64,000 bases of DNA from Octopus bimaculoides (lineage: Eukaryota): positions 33,491,237-33,555,236 of the forward strand of contig NC_068981.1 in the NCBI RefSeq assembly GCF_001194135.2, read 5' to 3'. A model generated the notes under the pieces. That model searched no databases, was not told the origin of the DNA, and saw nothing but the letters and a program-made list of their open reading frames with translations. Shown here piece after piece: positions 12,397-25,830 of the stretch (the stretch's first letter is position 1; each line of letters starts with the position of its first letter). The position numbers and the translations under genes are program-made.

Positions 12397-12704
12397 TGAT
12401 TGTATATTTTTAAAATGACATTGTAGGTCAGTATGAGAGGCTGGATCTGAGCATAATATAGTTAAAATATTTTAATCAAATATGGTTGGTTTGAATACTA
12501 AAGGGTAAACATAGAGGTGACTTAGGCGACTTCAGAGTTAAGTCTCTTGTTCAGGATGGCTACTGCAGAGCAACAAGTGACAAAATATGTCTTCTGTACT
12601 CTTTGCTTAGCAACCGTACATTTTAAGCCTAACCCACAATAACTAAACTGAAAATATCCCTGAATATTTCATTTTCATGTAGTGTGTCATAGGAAAGTTA
12701 ACAA

Positions 12705-13114
12705 GGCGCAGAAGTGGCTGTGTGGTAAGTAGCTTGCTTACCTACCACATGGTTCCGGGTTGAATCCCACTGCATGGCACCTTGGGAAAGTGTCTTCTAC
12801 TATAGCATCGGGCCGATCAAAGCCTTGTGAGTGGATTTGGTAGACAGAAACTGAAAGAAGCCCGTCGTATATATGTATATATGTGTGTGTGTGTGTATAT
12901 TTGTGTGTCTGTGTTTGTCCCTCCAACATTGCTTGACAACCGATGCTGGTGTGTTGACGTCCCCGTAACTTAGTGGTTCGGCACAAGAGACCGATAGAAT
13001 AAGTACTAGGCTTACAAAGAATAAGTCCTGGGGTCGATTTGCTCGACTAAAGGCGGTGCTCCAGCATGGCCGCAGTCAAATGACTGAAACAAGTAAAAGA
13101 TAAAAGATAAAAGA
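12705..13114 (+). mobile_element. tRNA-derived CORE-like SINE, full-length young copy
   Basis: A-box-like TGGCTGTGTGG, B-box-like GGTTGAATCCC, CORE-like CACCTTGGGAAAGTGTCTT, internal (TG)n and a (TAAAAGA)n tail. Confidence 0.85.
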
Positions 13115-13303
13115 TACTAAGGCTTATGTCTGTCTATATTGGTAACTTTGGATAGAAATAGCAGGTTCAAAAGATAGGTAAGAAATTGGGCTTGCATTGT
13201 GAGAAATTATTATGTCTCTGTGGTGCGATTCAATAGCAAATTGTTTACATTTATTTTATTGGGATTGACATTTCTCTCAGCCTCTCCAATAATTACATAT
13301 GAA

Positions 13304-13670
13304 AACAAGAGCACTCAGAGAGTGCAAACCTCTGCCAATGCAATACCAACATCCTCTCAATAATTAGCCAGAGATGATTTTTAAAATGAGAATATCTGAA
13401 ATAAACTCAACTGCTCTCACAAACGAGAATACTAAAAATGAACTTGACCGCTCTCAAAAATTAGGTGCAAAAACAGGAAAAATAATCAAGAATCCTTGTT
13501 TGTTACCAGATCAATCCCAAAACCTAATCAGTTCGTGCCAGTCATGAGGCCAAACTTCCCTGAAAGTTTCATCTGAATCCTTCCTGTGGTTCTTGAGATA
13601 TCTTGTCCACAGACAAACAAACAAACATGACTGAAAAACAATACCTCTGCTTTCGCGAAGGTGGAGGTAA
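13304..13670 (+). mobile_element. Helentron-associated (HINE/DINE-like) non-autonomous element
   Basis: 5' AACAAGAGC...CCTCTGCCA, a (CAAA)n microsatellite near the 3' end, and a terminal hairpin CCTCTGCTTTCGCGAAGGTGGAGG followed by TAA. Confidence 0.5.
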
Positions 13671-13947
13671 TAACTGCTGTCAATAACTAAGACTTTTGTA
13701 TAAAGCTTTCAAAGGCTTGCATTGTTTGACAGTGTAAATAATTACCAGTACAGCCTGTAATTATTTCTTAAATACTGTTATTTTTAGTTTAGCTTTTACT
13801 GAAGGACAAAATAATTGTTAGACAATAGTAACACTGTTAAACTGTAAATAAACAGTTTTCTAATTTTTATTTTTATTCTTTTACAATGTCACACAATATT
13901 AATTATTCATTATCATATGATTTTAGAAATGCTAAATATCCTCTCAA

Positions 13948-13983
<36 letters not shown>

Positions 13984-15810
13984 GTATGATTGTATGTATA
14001 TATGTGGTTAGATAGATAGATGTATGTTGTCATAAATCAATAATCATTTCTACCATTAGGCCGTATATTTTGGAGATGGTATATATTTGATTATATCAAC
14101 TCCAGTACCAGCTTGATAAAGTGATACATCATTTTCTATTGTATTACATGCAATATATCATTCATGTGTTGTAGCACTGTGTTAAATGTGATACTCCACT
14201 GCAGCACAAGCAATACACTAATACATTGCATCCAATGTACCATTGTATTAGATGCAACATACCAGAGCATTACATGCAATAAACCAATGCATTAGATGTG
14301 ATAAACAGTGCATCAGATGTAATAATTANNNNNNNNNNNNNNNNNNNNNNNNNNNNNNNNNNNNNNNNNNNNNNNNNNNNNNNNNNNNNNNNNNNNNNNN
14401 NNNNNNNNNNNNNNNNNNNNNNNNNNNNNNNNNNNNNNNNNNNNNNNNNNNNNNNNNNNNNNNNNNNNNNNNNNNNNNNNNNNNNNNNNNNNNNNNNNNN
14501 NNNNNNNNNNNNNNNNNNNNNNNNNNNNNNNNNNNNNNNNNNNNNNNNNNNNNNNNNNNNNNNNNNNNNNNNNNNNNNNNNNNNNNNNNNNNNNNNNNNN
14601 NNNNNNNNNNNNNNNNNNNNNNNNNNNNNNNNNNNNNNNNNNNNNNNNNNNNNNNNNNNNNNNNNNNNNNNNNNNNNNNNNNNNNNNNNNNNNNNNNNNN
14701 NNNNNNNNNNNNNNNNNNNNNNNNNNNNNNNNNNNNNNNNNNNNNNNAAAAAAAAAAACTAATAATACCTTCCTGTATTATTCTACTCAAGCTACTGACA
14801 CTCCCCTGTTACACATACCATCACAAATGTGATAAACCCAACGATTGGTCACAAAATACAAGATATGAACAAGTTCGTTATTTAAATAAGTAAACTGAAT
14901 TATGTTGATGCATTTGCTTTGCAAGCTTCAAGTATAAATGAAAACTAGAACACTAACGGATTTCAAAAGAGCTTGTTTCATTTTGTATATGTACTATAAT
15001 AAATTTCAATATAAGTTGTATTACTGTTTTTTAGTCATAAATATATTTTACTGTGGAACTAGGATGTGTTTCTGCTTTCAACCAGCATGCCATGTTAATA
15101 CAGTTTAGACTTTGAACATTGTAAAGATAAACTTAAATTTTGTTTTTTACCAACATTCTATGTAAAGTCTAAAGCAGACATATTATTTACACATATGAAC
15201 TTGCAATATGGCCATAGTGAAATAGTTTAATAAAGACGAGGGAAAAAAGTAATCACAAAGTGCAAACATTTTATTTATCATGTCTTCTTTCTGATTATAT
15301 CATGTCCAGATTCATATTTAAATAAATACAGGCTTAATCTGCTATTGTAATTCAATTCACATCTCGGATACTTGAAAGGAATAATAAATTAACCCAGTAC
15401 ATGACTGGTACTTTTTGATAGATCTCAGGAAGATAAGATGCAAATTTTAACCATGGTGAAATTTGAACTCAGTATGCAACTAAATACTGTAGGAATCTTG
15501 TCCATAATCAACCAGATTTAGCCAACCAACCACCTATGCAGTTCACTTAATAATATCTAACTTCATTACAAAGAAGTTTTTGAGGACACATATACATACT
15601 CAAAGATACACATAGTTACTCATTCACCAGAAGCATATCTACACAAACACATTAAAGCACTTACACACACACACACATGCATTCTTAGATTTGTGCACAT
15701 CCTCAAACAGACACACATGCTGGGGCACACATACATACACATGATGCAATCATGCATACAATTATATACATCTCTGCTAAGGGTTTACCAATTTTAAAAC
15801 TTTGTATTCT

Positions 15811-16198
15811 TCTACTCTCTTTTACTTGTTTCAGTCACTTGACTGCAGCCATGCTGGAGCACCGCCTTTAATTGAGAAATTCGACCCCAGGACTTATTCT
15901 TTGTAAGCCTAGTACTTATTTTATCGGTCTCTTTTTGCAGAGCCGCTAAGTTACGGGGACGTAAACACACCAGCATCGGTCGTCAAGCGATGGTGGTGGT
16001 GGGGGGAGACAAACACACTTACATATACATATATACGACGGGCTTCTTTCAGTTTCCGTCTACCAAATCCACTCACAAGGCTTTGGTCGGCCCGAGGCTA
16101 TAGTAGAAGACACTTGCCCAAGGTGCCACGCAGTGGGACTGAACCCGGAACCATGTGGTTGGTAAGCAAGCTACTTACCACACAGCCACTCCTGCGCC
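15811..16198 (-). mobile_element. CORE-like SINE, full-length young copy
   Basis: Close reverse complement of 12705-13114. Older copies lie near 2000-2380, 7810-8115, 10540-10925, 56196-56975 and 58545-58866 (all minus). Confidence 0.85.
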
Positions 16199-16794
16199 TA
16201 TGTATATGCATTTTAATATAATTGAGTATATGTAATGAGTTCAATTCTCTGTTGAAAGTACCTCACTTTAATATCAGTTTCAAATGTTTGGCACAATGCC
16301 AGCAAATTTAGGGGAGGGAGTAAATCAATTACATCAACCCCAGTCCTCAACTGGTGCTTATTTTATCGACCCTAAAAGGATGAAAGGCAAAGTCCACCTC
16401 AGACTTCACTTTAGTATTAAAAGCTTTTCTCAATGGAATTTAATAATTTAAATTATAACTTCTTTTCCTCAACCCCTGAAAAAAACAAGCCAATATTTTT
16501 AGTCATTTTATATCATCTTCCCTTAACCGACCAACCAGGTGTTATAATTACTGAACTCCATTTGGCTTTGATGTTAGTATACAGTGAACTAAATCTGCAA
16601 CTTGGCTTAAGTTTTTCATCAAAGTAATTTTAACTTCAGTTTCATTTCATAAACTTCTCTACACAAATATTTCCTTTCATTAAAAATCTCAGGTTTCAAA
16701 GTTACATAATTTTCATGAAATTGAATGTTAACAAAATGTTTGAGCATCTATATATGTATGTATGTATATATATATATATATATATATATGTCAA

Positions 16795-17165
16795 CATCAT
16801 CATCATTGTTGTCCACTTTCCATGCTGGCATGGGTTGGATGGTTTGACTGAGGACTAGTGAGCCAGAAGGCTGCACCAGGCTCAATCTGATCTGGCAAAG
16901 TTTCTACAGCTGGATGCCCTTCCTAACACCAACACGAGGGCCAGTCAGGCGGTTCTGGCAACAACCATGCTCAAAAGTGTTTTTTACATGCTACCTGCAC
17001 GGGAGCCAGTCCGGCAGCACTGGCAACGACCACGCTCAGATGTTGTTTTTCACGTGCCACCAGCACATGTGCCAGTAAGGCGATGCTGGCAATGATCACG
17101 CTCGGATGTGCTTTTAATGTTCTACTGACACGAGTGCCAATCAGGCTGTACTGTGATCGGCCACG
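16795..17165 (-). mobile_element. RTE 3'-UTR family copy (older)
   Basis: (CAT)n tail followed by a diverged GTTTCTACAGCTGGATGCCCTTCCTAA core. Confidence 0.75.
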
Positions 17166-17177
17166 TCAGTGATTTTG

Positions 17178-17218
<41 letters not shown>

Positions 17219-17221
17219 TAA

Positions 17222-17451
17222 ATTTTGAGCGTGGCCATTGCCAGTACCGCCTGACTGGCCTTCGTGCGGGTGACACGTAAAAGCACCCACTACACTCTCT
17301 GAGTGGTTGGCGTTAGGAAGGGCATCCAGCTGTAGAAACTCTGCCAAATCAGATTGGAGCCTGGTGCAGCCATCTGGTTCACCAGTCCCCAGTCAAATCG
17401 TCCAACCCATGTTAACATGGAAAGCGGACGTTAAACAATGATGATGATGAT
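17222..17451 (+). mobile_element. RTE 3'-UTR family copy
   Basis: Same core and (GAT)n tail as the copy at 1-310. Confidence 0.85.
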
Positions 17452-17743
17452 ATAATAAATAGTAGCAATGTGTTTTCAATGGCACAACAATGCACTATAA
17501 TAACAACAATGGACTATAATAACTGGTGTAATTTAATCATCCACAGCCTCATATAATATTTCGGAATATAAAAATTCCTTCTCCAGATATCCCTAGGGAA
17601 ATCTGAAGATGGATGATTAAATTACATCAGTTATTATAGTGCATTTTGCGCCATTCAAAACAGATTATTACTATTTATTATTATTGTTTACAAACAATAC
17701 ACAATGCTTCAAGCGAACTACAATACTCTCCTATATATATATA

Positions 17744-17833
17744 CACGAGGGGTGTATGAAAAGTTTTGAGCCTTGAAGTCTTGTACCATATTTTGTTTTT
17801 TTGAGGCTCAAGACTTTTCATACACACCCTTCG
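17744..17833. mobile_element. Mariner-type mini fold-back element inside (TA)n
   Basis: ~30-bp inverted arms CGAGGGGTGTATGAAAAGTTTTGAGCCT and AGGCTCAAGACTTTTCATACACACCCTTCG, flanked by TA. Confidence 0.7.
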
Positions 17834-19227
17834 TATATATATATATCATCATGAACATCGTTTAACATCCGCTTTCCATGCTAGCATGGGTTGGATGATT
17901 TGACTGAGGACTGGTGAACCAGATGGCTACACCAGGGTCCAATCTGATTTGGCAGAGTTTAGTGACCAATGGAGGAGACGTTGGCATGGGAGCTAGTTGT
18001 CGAATTTAGTTTGATTCGATTTCACTTGCCTCAACAGGTCTTCGCAATTTTGGTCTCACTTGGCTTGCCAAGTTTTCTCACGCACAGCATATGCTTTATA
18101 CTTAGCACTTGGTAAGCTATAGATTCCTACATATCCCCTCTCCCTCCAGACTCAACTGACATAGTTGTAACTTGTCATATTGTCCCTACTGTGTCTTAAC
18201 TCCCCAGATTCCATAATAAACGTTTTTTTTTAACCATTCTTTGAATTGCATCCCATGAGAAGCTTTTCCTGTAGTCACCAACCTACAGTTGTTCAAACTG
18301 AACATCAACCACAACAATGTCACGAATCTGGGAAGACAATATATCCTCCTCTGACTAACATATACAACAAAGAGTAGCAAGAGTGAAAACCTTGTCAAAA
18401 CAGACAGTGAAGCATAGTGCAGTCTTCTACCCAGTCAAACCATCCAACCCATGCCAGCATGGAAAATGGGCATTAAATGATGATAATGATGATGATTCAA
18501 CCAAATATAGAATGAGTGTTTATAAAAGCACCCCAATGCTAACTGCAGCACAATTTGAACTTCTCAGACAATCATCCATCACTTTAAAGTTCATTGCCTT
18601 CTTACTTTATACGAAATAGAACAAAAGGCCTCATAACATTCTTCTATCAAAATCCATTAAAAGACAAATGTGATATTTCCCTCCTAGCTCTTACAACATA
18701 AGTTCAAACCTTGTCCGAAGCATTGTTGCTCTGGAAAAATTTTTTTTTTTATATTTGATATCAAAAAATTGTTACCAGACTTAAAGGGATTTCTTGTGGT
18801 TAATGTCTCACTGTTCCTTGTTGTTAACTATTTTTCTTTTGATATTTCATTTATTTTAAATCAATGCTACCGATCTCATTCCAAAATTTCTTTTAACTAA
18901 CATTTCTTTGCTTACATTTTCGTTGATCTTCCAATAGCCATTTTTCACTGTCAACATACAGCATTTTCATTTTTTTCTCTGAGCACTTATTCTCCATTGA
19001 ATCATATTCTTACTGTTTCAGCTGCCTTCATCTACACATCAACTGATGCCATTTAATGCCCAACCATTCTCAGGTCACAAGTTTTCTGTTTTTCGTAGTA
19101 TTACGGATCCAACAGATATCTCATTTCTTTCCATCTCATTCAATACTAAACCTGATAACCATACTTATCCGATACATCTTAAAATCATCTAAAGTGTCTT
19201 CACTAAACACTATTAGAATACTTCTTC

Positions 19228-19449
19228 AATTTCTTTATTGCCCACAAGGGGCTAAACATAGAGGGGACAAACAAAGGGGTTAAGTCGATTACATCGACCC
19301 CAGTGTGTAATTGGTACTTAATTTATCGACCCCGAAAGGATGAAAGGCAAAGTCGACCTCAGCGGGAATTTGAACTCAGAACGTAACAGCAGACGAAATA
19401 CTGCTAAGCATTTTGCCCGGTGTGCTAACGTTTCTGCCAGCTCGCCACC
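19228..19449 (-). mobile_element. tRNA-derived SINE with a Meta-like central domain and TSD
   Basis: 15-bp TSD TTAGAATACTTCTTC at 19213-19227 and 19450-19464. Central GGTCGACTTTGCCTTTCATCCTTTCGGGGTCGATAAA. Decayed copies lie near 1766-1985, 7110-7210, 16285-16410, 25325-25500, 33745-33890 and 57706-57885. The domain name is from memory. Confidence 0.8.
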
Positions 19450-20229
19450 TTAGAATACTTCTTCGATGCTGAATTTAACACATATAAGAACATGATCTGC
19501 TCATGCTTAAAATATTAAATTAATACCACATTATCTTGTTTATGCTGACTTGTTAAACTGTTGAAATAGTTGCTTTTGTTTACCTCCCACTTCTTTTAGT
19601 TACTATTTCATTGATCCCATATGATTTTGCAACCCATTGCTCCTTTAACTATGTTCTTCTTCTCCACTAAGTTACACAACCTTATAAAATTATAAACACA
19701 TGAACTTTTAAAGGAGTAACGAATTTCTAACTGCTCTGTTAAACAATTCTAAGAAATCTCTTACGAGCAGAATAACCCATTTTAGACACTTTAATGCGAG
19801 AGATAAATTACTTTATGACTTTACTTCAATAAAATTACAAGCTTTAATCTTACAAAATAAGTGAAGCCATAAGTTAACTTCATCAAAAACACTACTTATT
19901 TATCTTTCATTATCACAACTATCTTTTTAATTCCATCCATGAACCTATCTGAAACTATCTTTTTTTAAGTGAATCTCATCATAAACAAATGTTTCTAGTA
20001 AATTATATCTCTAAATATCTTGCAAATGCTTAAATCTCAGGGTATTGAATTTAATTCAATGAGTCATCAGTAGTGGAGTGATAAGTGATAGCCAACTGCT
20101 GAAGGATTACTGGTGCTGTTTCCATAGATAGAATACTTAACTCTCAGTAATCAAATACACTTAACTATAGAATATATACCATACCAAGCATAGTGTCTAT
20201 TCTATATAGCATAGAGTATAGTTGATTTC

Positions 20230-20470
20230 TTTTATTTAGTCTCAAATGGGATGACCTCCATAGGCTATTGCCTACTGAAGCCATTCTAGACTGGAGAGAG
20301 ATCAATGAAGTTGATGTTCAGCAGGATGATATCTGAGTAAAATGTGAGTATGGAGTCAGTTCCATACAGTTGTGATTCTAGGGTGGAAGGGTTTGGTTAA
20401 ATGTTAAATACAGAGTTTGAAGAATGGTGAGAAGTGAGTACAGGAACTGTCCTTGAGTGGGGATGTTATA
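20230..20470 (-). mobile_element. Highly decayed CR1/L2-like RT remnant
   Basis: Frameshifted traces of (IP)QG(TV) and QLYGTDSIL, resembling the PQG and YADD motifs. Confidence 0.3.
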
Positions 20471-22651
20471 GTTTATAGGTACTGGAAGTATTTGAATTAT
20501 GAAAGACAATGAAGACAGCAATTACAGAAATTGACTGCACTGTGTTTTGCAATACTAAGTTCAAATAATTCTATGGTAAAACCATTTGAGTGAAATTTCT
20601 ATCCACGGGGATGTTCTTCAGTTGCTCATTAACTTGAAATTTTGAATGTATTTCAATATGCAGTAAAACCTTTTGCCCATAGATAATGAAAACCAGGTAT
20701 TCTACGAATATCTAAAATAAACTATTGAGAGAAAAAGAATAAGTATGGCTTAATCACACAAATACTACCGACTGTCTTTGAAATTGCTTTTTATAATTAT
20801 ATACTTTCATTATTAAGGTGGCAAACTAGCAGAGCATTGGGCAAAATACTTTGTAGTATTTAATTAGATGTTCTGTACCAAACTCAAATCCTACCAAGAT
20901 CAACTCTGCCTTTCAATCTTTTAGGGTTAAAAAAAAAAAGAATACCAATCCTAGGCAAAGGATTTGTGGAACTGCAAGAACATCCAACTGAATGCCTTGT
21001 TCTTTGCACTCTGAGTTTGAATTTTGTCTTGGCTTACATGGGTGGTAAATTTAACAGATGATTTGGTTTAACACCACCACCTGGTACTTTAGCTGTCTTT
21101 ACCAGAGCCCACTCTGCTGCAAGCAATCAGGCCAGGTTTCTGGTTCAAGAGTAATTTTATCCCTCCTGACTAAAAGATTTTTTTTAAAGTCTGTATATTT
21201 TTATTTTTTTTATTAATATTTTTTGCAATAAAGCAATGGACAATATTATTTGGAAAATATTTGTATTTCAAAATGTAATTAGANNNNNNNNNNATATATA
21301 TATATATATATAATGAATTTTTCAAAGAAAATTTATATATATTCATAAATTTTTATAAGTTGGTATCATTTTGAAAATATGAAAAAAAAAATTTTATCAA
21401 ACATTGTAACCAAAAGGAAAATAAAGTTTTGAAATATTTAAGTATTTAAAATTTTTTTATTTCATTCAATTATCAACAGTAGTCTGATGATTTATCAAGG
21501 ATAAAGAAAAAATGTTGACTTACTAGCCCCCTGTCATCATCATCATCATTCAATATTTGTATTCCATGCTGGCATGGGTTGGACAGTTCAACTGAATCTG
21601 ACTGGACTGAGGGATGTGTTGGGCTCTAGTGTCTTCTGTGGTAAGGTTTCTATAGCTGGATGCCCCTCCTAATGCCAACCACTTTACAGAATGTACTGGG
21701 TATTTGTTTTTTCATGGCATATGCACTAGTGCGGTTATCAAGTAACTTACAAGACAAGATCTCTGGACAGAGTGAGGGTGCAGTATTAAAGAGGTGGTTC
21801 CACACTAAGTAAAGACCAGCTAAATTAAGAAAGAGGGACAGGAACAAGTGTCTTGCCGCAGAGGAGAGAGATGGGTACTCCAAACTTAGTATTTCAGATT
21901 TTTCATGAGACATGGGATGGAAATTTCTATGATGGCTGTTGAAAATGGGAACAGTCATGACTGAGTGGTTATGAAGTTTGCCTTGTCATCTTGGATTCAA
22001 TTTCTCTGTGTGGCATCTTGAGCAAACATCACCTACCAAAGGCCTTGGACAGTCTAAGGTTTTTGTGAATGGTACACCCATTCTATTTCAAACCAATTTC
22101 CTTACTAACAGTCTCTCTCATTTTCTCTTCTCTCTCTTTCTCTTGTTCTCTCTCATCTAACACCATCACTTGGGATCCCTTTCCTCACTCTCTCTTTATT
22201 TACCAGACACAAAATGACCATTTGGTAAAAGTAAACAAAATAAACAAATAAAGACAACAAGGAATAGTGGGAGCTTTTTAGTCATAACAAAGAGAAGAAA
22301 ACTTCTCTTGTGCTAATACTTAGATAAAATGCACCTAGTATATGCTGTAATTTAGTTTATATGAAAACATGACTGAAAAATAAGCCATAAAAATGTGAAC
22401 AAATGGAGCAAGGATATAAACTTTCACTGTGAACTGGTTTAAAAACAGTCTCACACCAGTAGCTCCAGATTAAACAACAGAGAATTCACCAGAATTAAAT
22501 GTATCCATTACAATATTACACATGGTCTCAGTTTCCGACTTTCAATAAATACCACAAACAATGTGAATCTCCATCTCTCCCTCTCTTTCATTCACTCCAT
22601 TTTTACTCACTCTTCCTTTCCCTTCTCTCTCTCTACCCCCACCTCTTTCTC

Positions 22652-22693
<42 letters not shown>

Positions 22694-23302
22694 NNNNNNN
22701 NNNNNNNNNNNNNNNNNNNNNNNNNNNNNNNNNNNNNNNNNNNNNNNNNNNNNNNNNNNNNNNNNNNNNNNNNNNNNNNNNNNNNNNNNNNNNNNNNNNN
22801 NNNNNNNNNNNNNNNNNNNNNNNNNNNNNNNNNNNNNNNNNNNNNNNNNNNNNNNNNNNNNNNNNNNNNNNATATATATATATATATATATATATATAAA
22901 TGTATGTAATTTTTCGGACTAATGGCTATATGCTAATTAGTGCGTTAAGCAAAGCACATTCACAGTTTGGGCTACCTGGTATCATCCACAGTTGGGATAT
23001 ATTTCCTCTGAATCTAAGCCAGGGATTTCTCAGTGTTAGACGAGATAATACTTGATGAAGGAAACGGAAGATAGATTTAGCATTAGTCTTTATTCAGTAC
23101 AACAATTGTTTTGCTCCATCCTGCAATTGTCCACTCTGGGTAAGATATTGTGCATCTAACTGTGTTGCACCAATCTGTGCCATTTGTGTTACATGAGATA
23201 CATGCATAAAGAAGGAGATGTCCCATTAGATATACTGACTTGTCCTAGGCATGTTGTTCTTGCCCGCTATATTTTGATTATTAGCTGGTTATAACCAAAA
23301 TA

Positions 23303-23673
23303 GTGGAGGTGCAATGGCCCAGTGGTTAGGGAAGCGGACTCGCAGTCAAAGGATCGCGGTTTCGATTCCCAGACTGGGCATTGTGAGTGTTTATTGAGCG
23401 AAAAACACCTAAAGCTCCACGAGGTTCCGGCAGGGGATGGTGGCGAACCCTGCTGTACTCTTTCACCACAACTTTCTCCCTGTTTCTGTTGTGCTTGTAA
23501 TTCAAAGGGTCAGCCTTGTCACACTGTGTCACATTGAATATCCCTGAGAACTACGTTAAGGGTACATGTGTCTGTGGAGTGCTCAGCCACTTGCACGTTA
23601 ATTTCACGAGCAGGCTGTTCCGTTGATCGGATCAACTGGAACCCTTGACGTCGTAAGCAAGGGAGCGCCATTA
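23303..23673 (+). mobile_element. tRNA-derived SINE of cephalopod (Ceph-like) type, with TSD
   Basis: tRNA-like head (TGGCCCAGTGG...GGTTTCGATTCC). 12-bp TSD ATAACCAAAATA at 23291-23302 and 23674-23685. Confidence 0.85.
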
Positions 23674-23864
23674 ATAACCAAAATAATTTTAGGAATGAGG
23701 ATTTCTGTACATTATTTACATTGGACGGATATACATACATATATATATGTACACACACATGCATACAAGTATACATAAATATGTATACACATGCACACAT
23801 ATGTATATATATCACACACATGTATGTTAATACATGTATATATATATAACTGGCACTTTGCTGG

Positions 23865-24172
23865 TTATGACAATGAGTGTTCCAGTTGATCCAATCAACA
23901 AAACAGCCTGCTCATGAAATTAATATGCAAATGGCTGAGCACTCCACAGACATGCATACCCTTTACGTAGTTCTCAGGAAGATTCAGCATACGACAGAGT
24001 ATGACAAGGCTGGCCCTTTGAAATACAGGTACTACTCATTTTTGCCAGCTGAGTGGACTGGAGCAACATAAAACAAAGGGTCTTGCTCAGGGACACAACA
24101 TGCTGCTGAGTATCGAACTCACAATCTTATGATTGTGAGCCAAATACCCTAACCACTAAGCAACATGCCTTC
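23865..24172 (-). mobile_element. SINE with a different head/central domain but the Ceph-like 3' half
   Basis: The minus strand has a tRNA head, then GTGTCCCTGAGCAAGACCC, then AAAGGGCCAGCCTTGTCA...GGATCAACTGGAAC shared with 23303-23673. Confidence 0.65.
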
Positions 24173-24291
24173 ACACACACACATGGCTGCACACACACAC
24201 ATGTACATAATCAACAACCTTTTTAAGTATTGCTGATTTAAAGCTTTAAAGTATGTTTCTGTTTGGATTTATGAAGTACTGACTGATTATA

Positions 24292-24332
<41 letters not shown>

Positions 24333-24725
24333 ATGTGTTGAAGCATATCTAACCAGTCAAACCAATGTATTGAATTCTATAGCAGATAATGTATGTAATA
24401 TGTAAAGTATATTTTTCAACTCTTGCTTTATGATATGTGCAAATTGTGAATCTGTGTACGCATGCCTGTACATTATGTATGTGCTATATTACAAACATAA
24501 CTATCTTCTAGATTTATCATTTGTATTAAATTGCATACAAAAACCACTCCCTGGTAACAAAACAAAGAGAAAAATATCTATTAGTGTGACAATATAGCAT
24601 GAACTAAGAGGACTGAAATAAATTTAAATATTAGAAAGCCTTGCTGCGAGAAGAATAAAGCAATGTGCTTATATTCCTTTATTTCTCTCACAGCTAAGCT
24701 TTCTAATTTTTATATCTATTAGGCA

Positions 24726-24971
24726 CGTAAAAAACACCTTTTTGAGCATGGCCGTTGCCAGTACCTTGTGACTGGCCCTCGTGCCGGTGGCACGTAAAAG
24801 CACCCACTACACTCTCGGAGTGGTTGGCGTTAGGAAGGGCATCCAGCTGTAGAAACTCTGCCAGATCAGATTGGAGCCTGGTGCAGCCTTCTGGCTTGCC
24901 AGTCCTCAGTCAAATCGTCCAACCCATGCTAGCATGGAAAGTGGATGTTAAACGATGATGATGATGATGAT
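24726..24971 (+). mobile_element. RTE 3'-UTR family copy
   Basis: Same core and (GAT)n tail. Confidence 0.85.
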
Positions 24972-25607
24972 GTAAATTCTTCTTAGCAGGCTTGTTTGCT
25001 TTGGGTTTCATGGAAGAAACCTAAGTGGCAGATTTAACAAAAGTTTAAGCAGGTTTCATAACTAACCCATAGCAGCCCAAAATTCAAAGCTGACAGCAAT
25101 CTAACTTCTAATTAAGATCTAATATTCAGCATATTATGAAATAGCAATAATAGTCACCAAAAACACTGGATAAGTCATGCTCTTTCTTCTTTTTATCTAT
25201 AGTTCTCCTAAGGCTGGTTAGCAGTTTCATTGACATATAAGTAACCAACACCACAACATTCTCCCTGAACAGGATGTAGGTTCATTGCAGGGTTCAAGGC
25301 AGGCAATTTTTTAATGGAGGTGACAAATTGGTCACATCAACCCCAGTATTTGACTGGTACTTATTTTATTGGCCCCCTGAAGAGATGAAAGGTAAAATTG
25401 ACTTCAGCAGGCTCTGAACTCAGAATGCAAAGAGCTACAAGAAACGCTGCTAAGTATTTTTGTCCAATATGCTAATGATTGTACCAGTTGGCTACCTTAG
25501 TCATACAAATACTATGTCTAAATAAAAGCCAAGGCAATCATGACTATGAAAACATCAATCATAAAGCAACTTCATAAGAGTAACCCTGATTCTCGATAAC
25601 CACAGTA

Positions 25608-25830
25608 TCATCATCATCATCATCGTTTAACGTCCGCCTTCCATGCTAGCATGGGTTGGACGATTTGACTGAAAACTGGTGAACCAGATGGCTGCACCAG
25701 GCTCCAATCTGATTTGGCAGAGTTTCTACAGCTGGATGCCCTTCCTAATGCCAACCACTCCAAGAGTGTAGTGGGTGCTTTTACGTGCCACAGGCACGAA
25801 GGCCAGTCAGGTGGTACTGGCAATGGCCAC
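25608..25830 (-). mobile_element. RTE 3'-UTR family copy
   Basis: (CAT)n tail plus the family core. Other partial copies lie near 4950-5110, 17845-17960, 18430-18495, 21535-21720, 52143-52482 and 61220-61400. Confidence 0.85.

Noticed and set aside
12090-12418. Recurrent MKPDGNTRLQSNLAEFLQLDALPNANHSES ORFs (also 52930, 17141 and 25714)
   Set aside because: They are the antisense reading of the RTE 3'-UTR repeat and recur only because the repeat does.
12705-12790. tRNA-like A/B boxes (also 23305-23375)
   Set aside because: These are SINE heads with no complete cloverleaf, so they are not tRNA genes.
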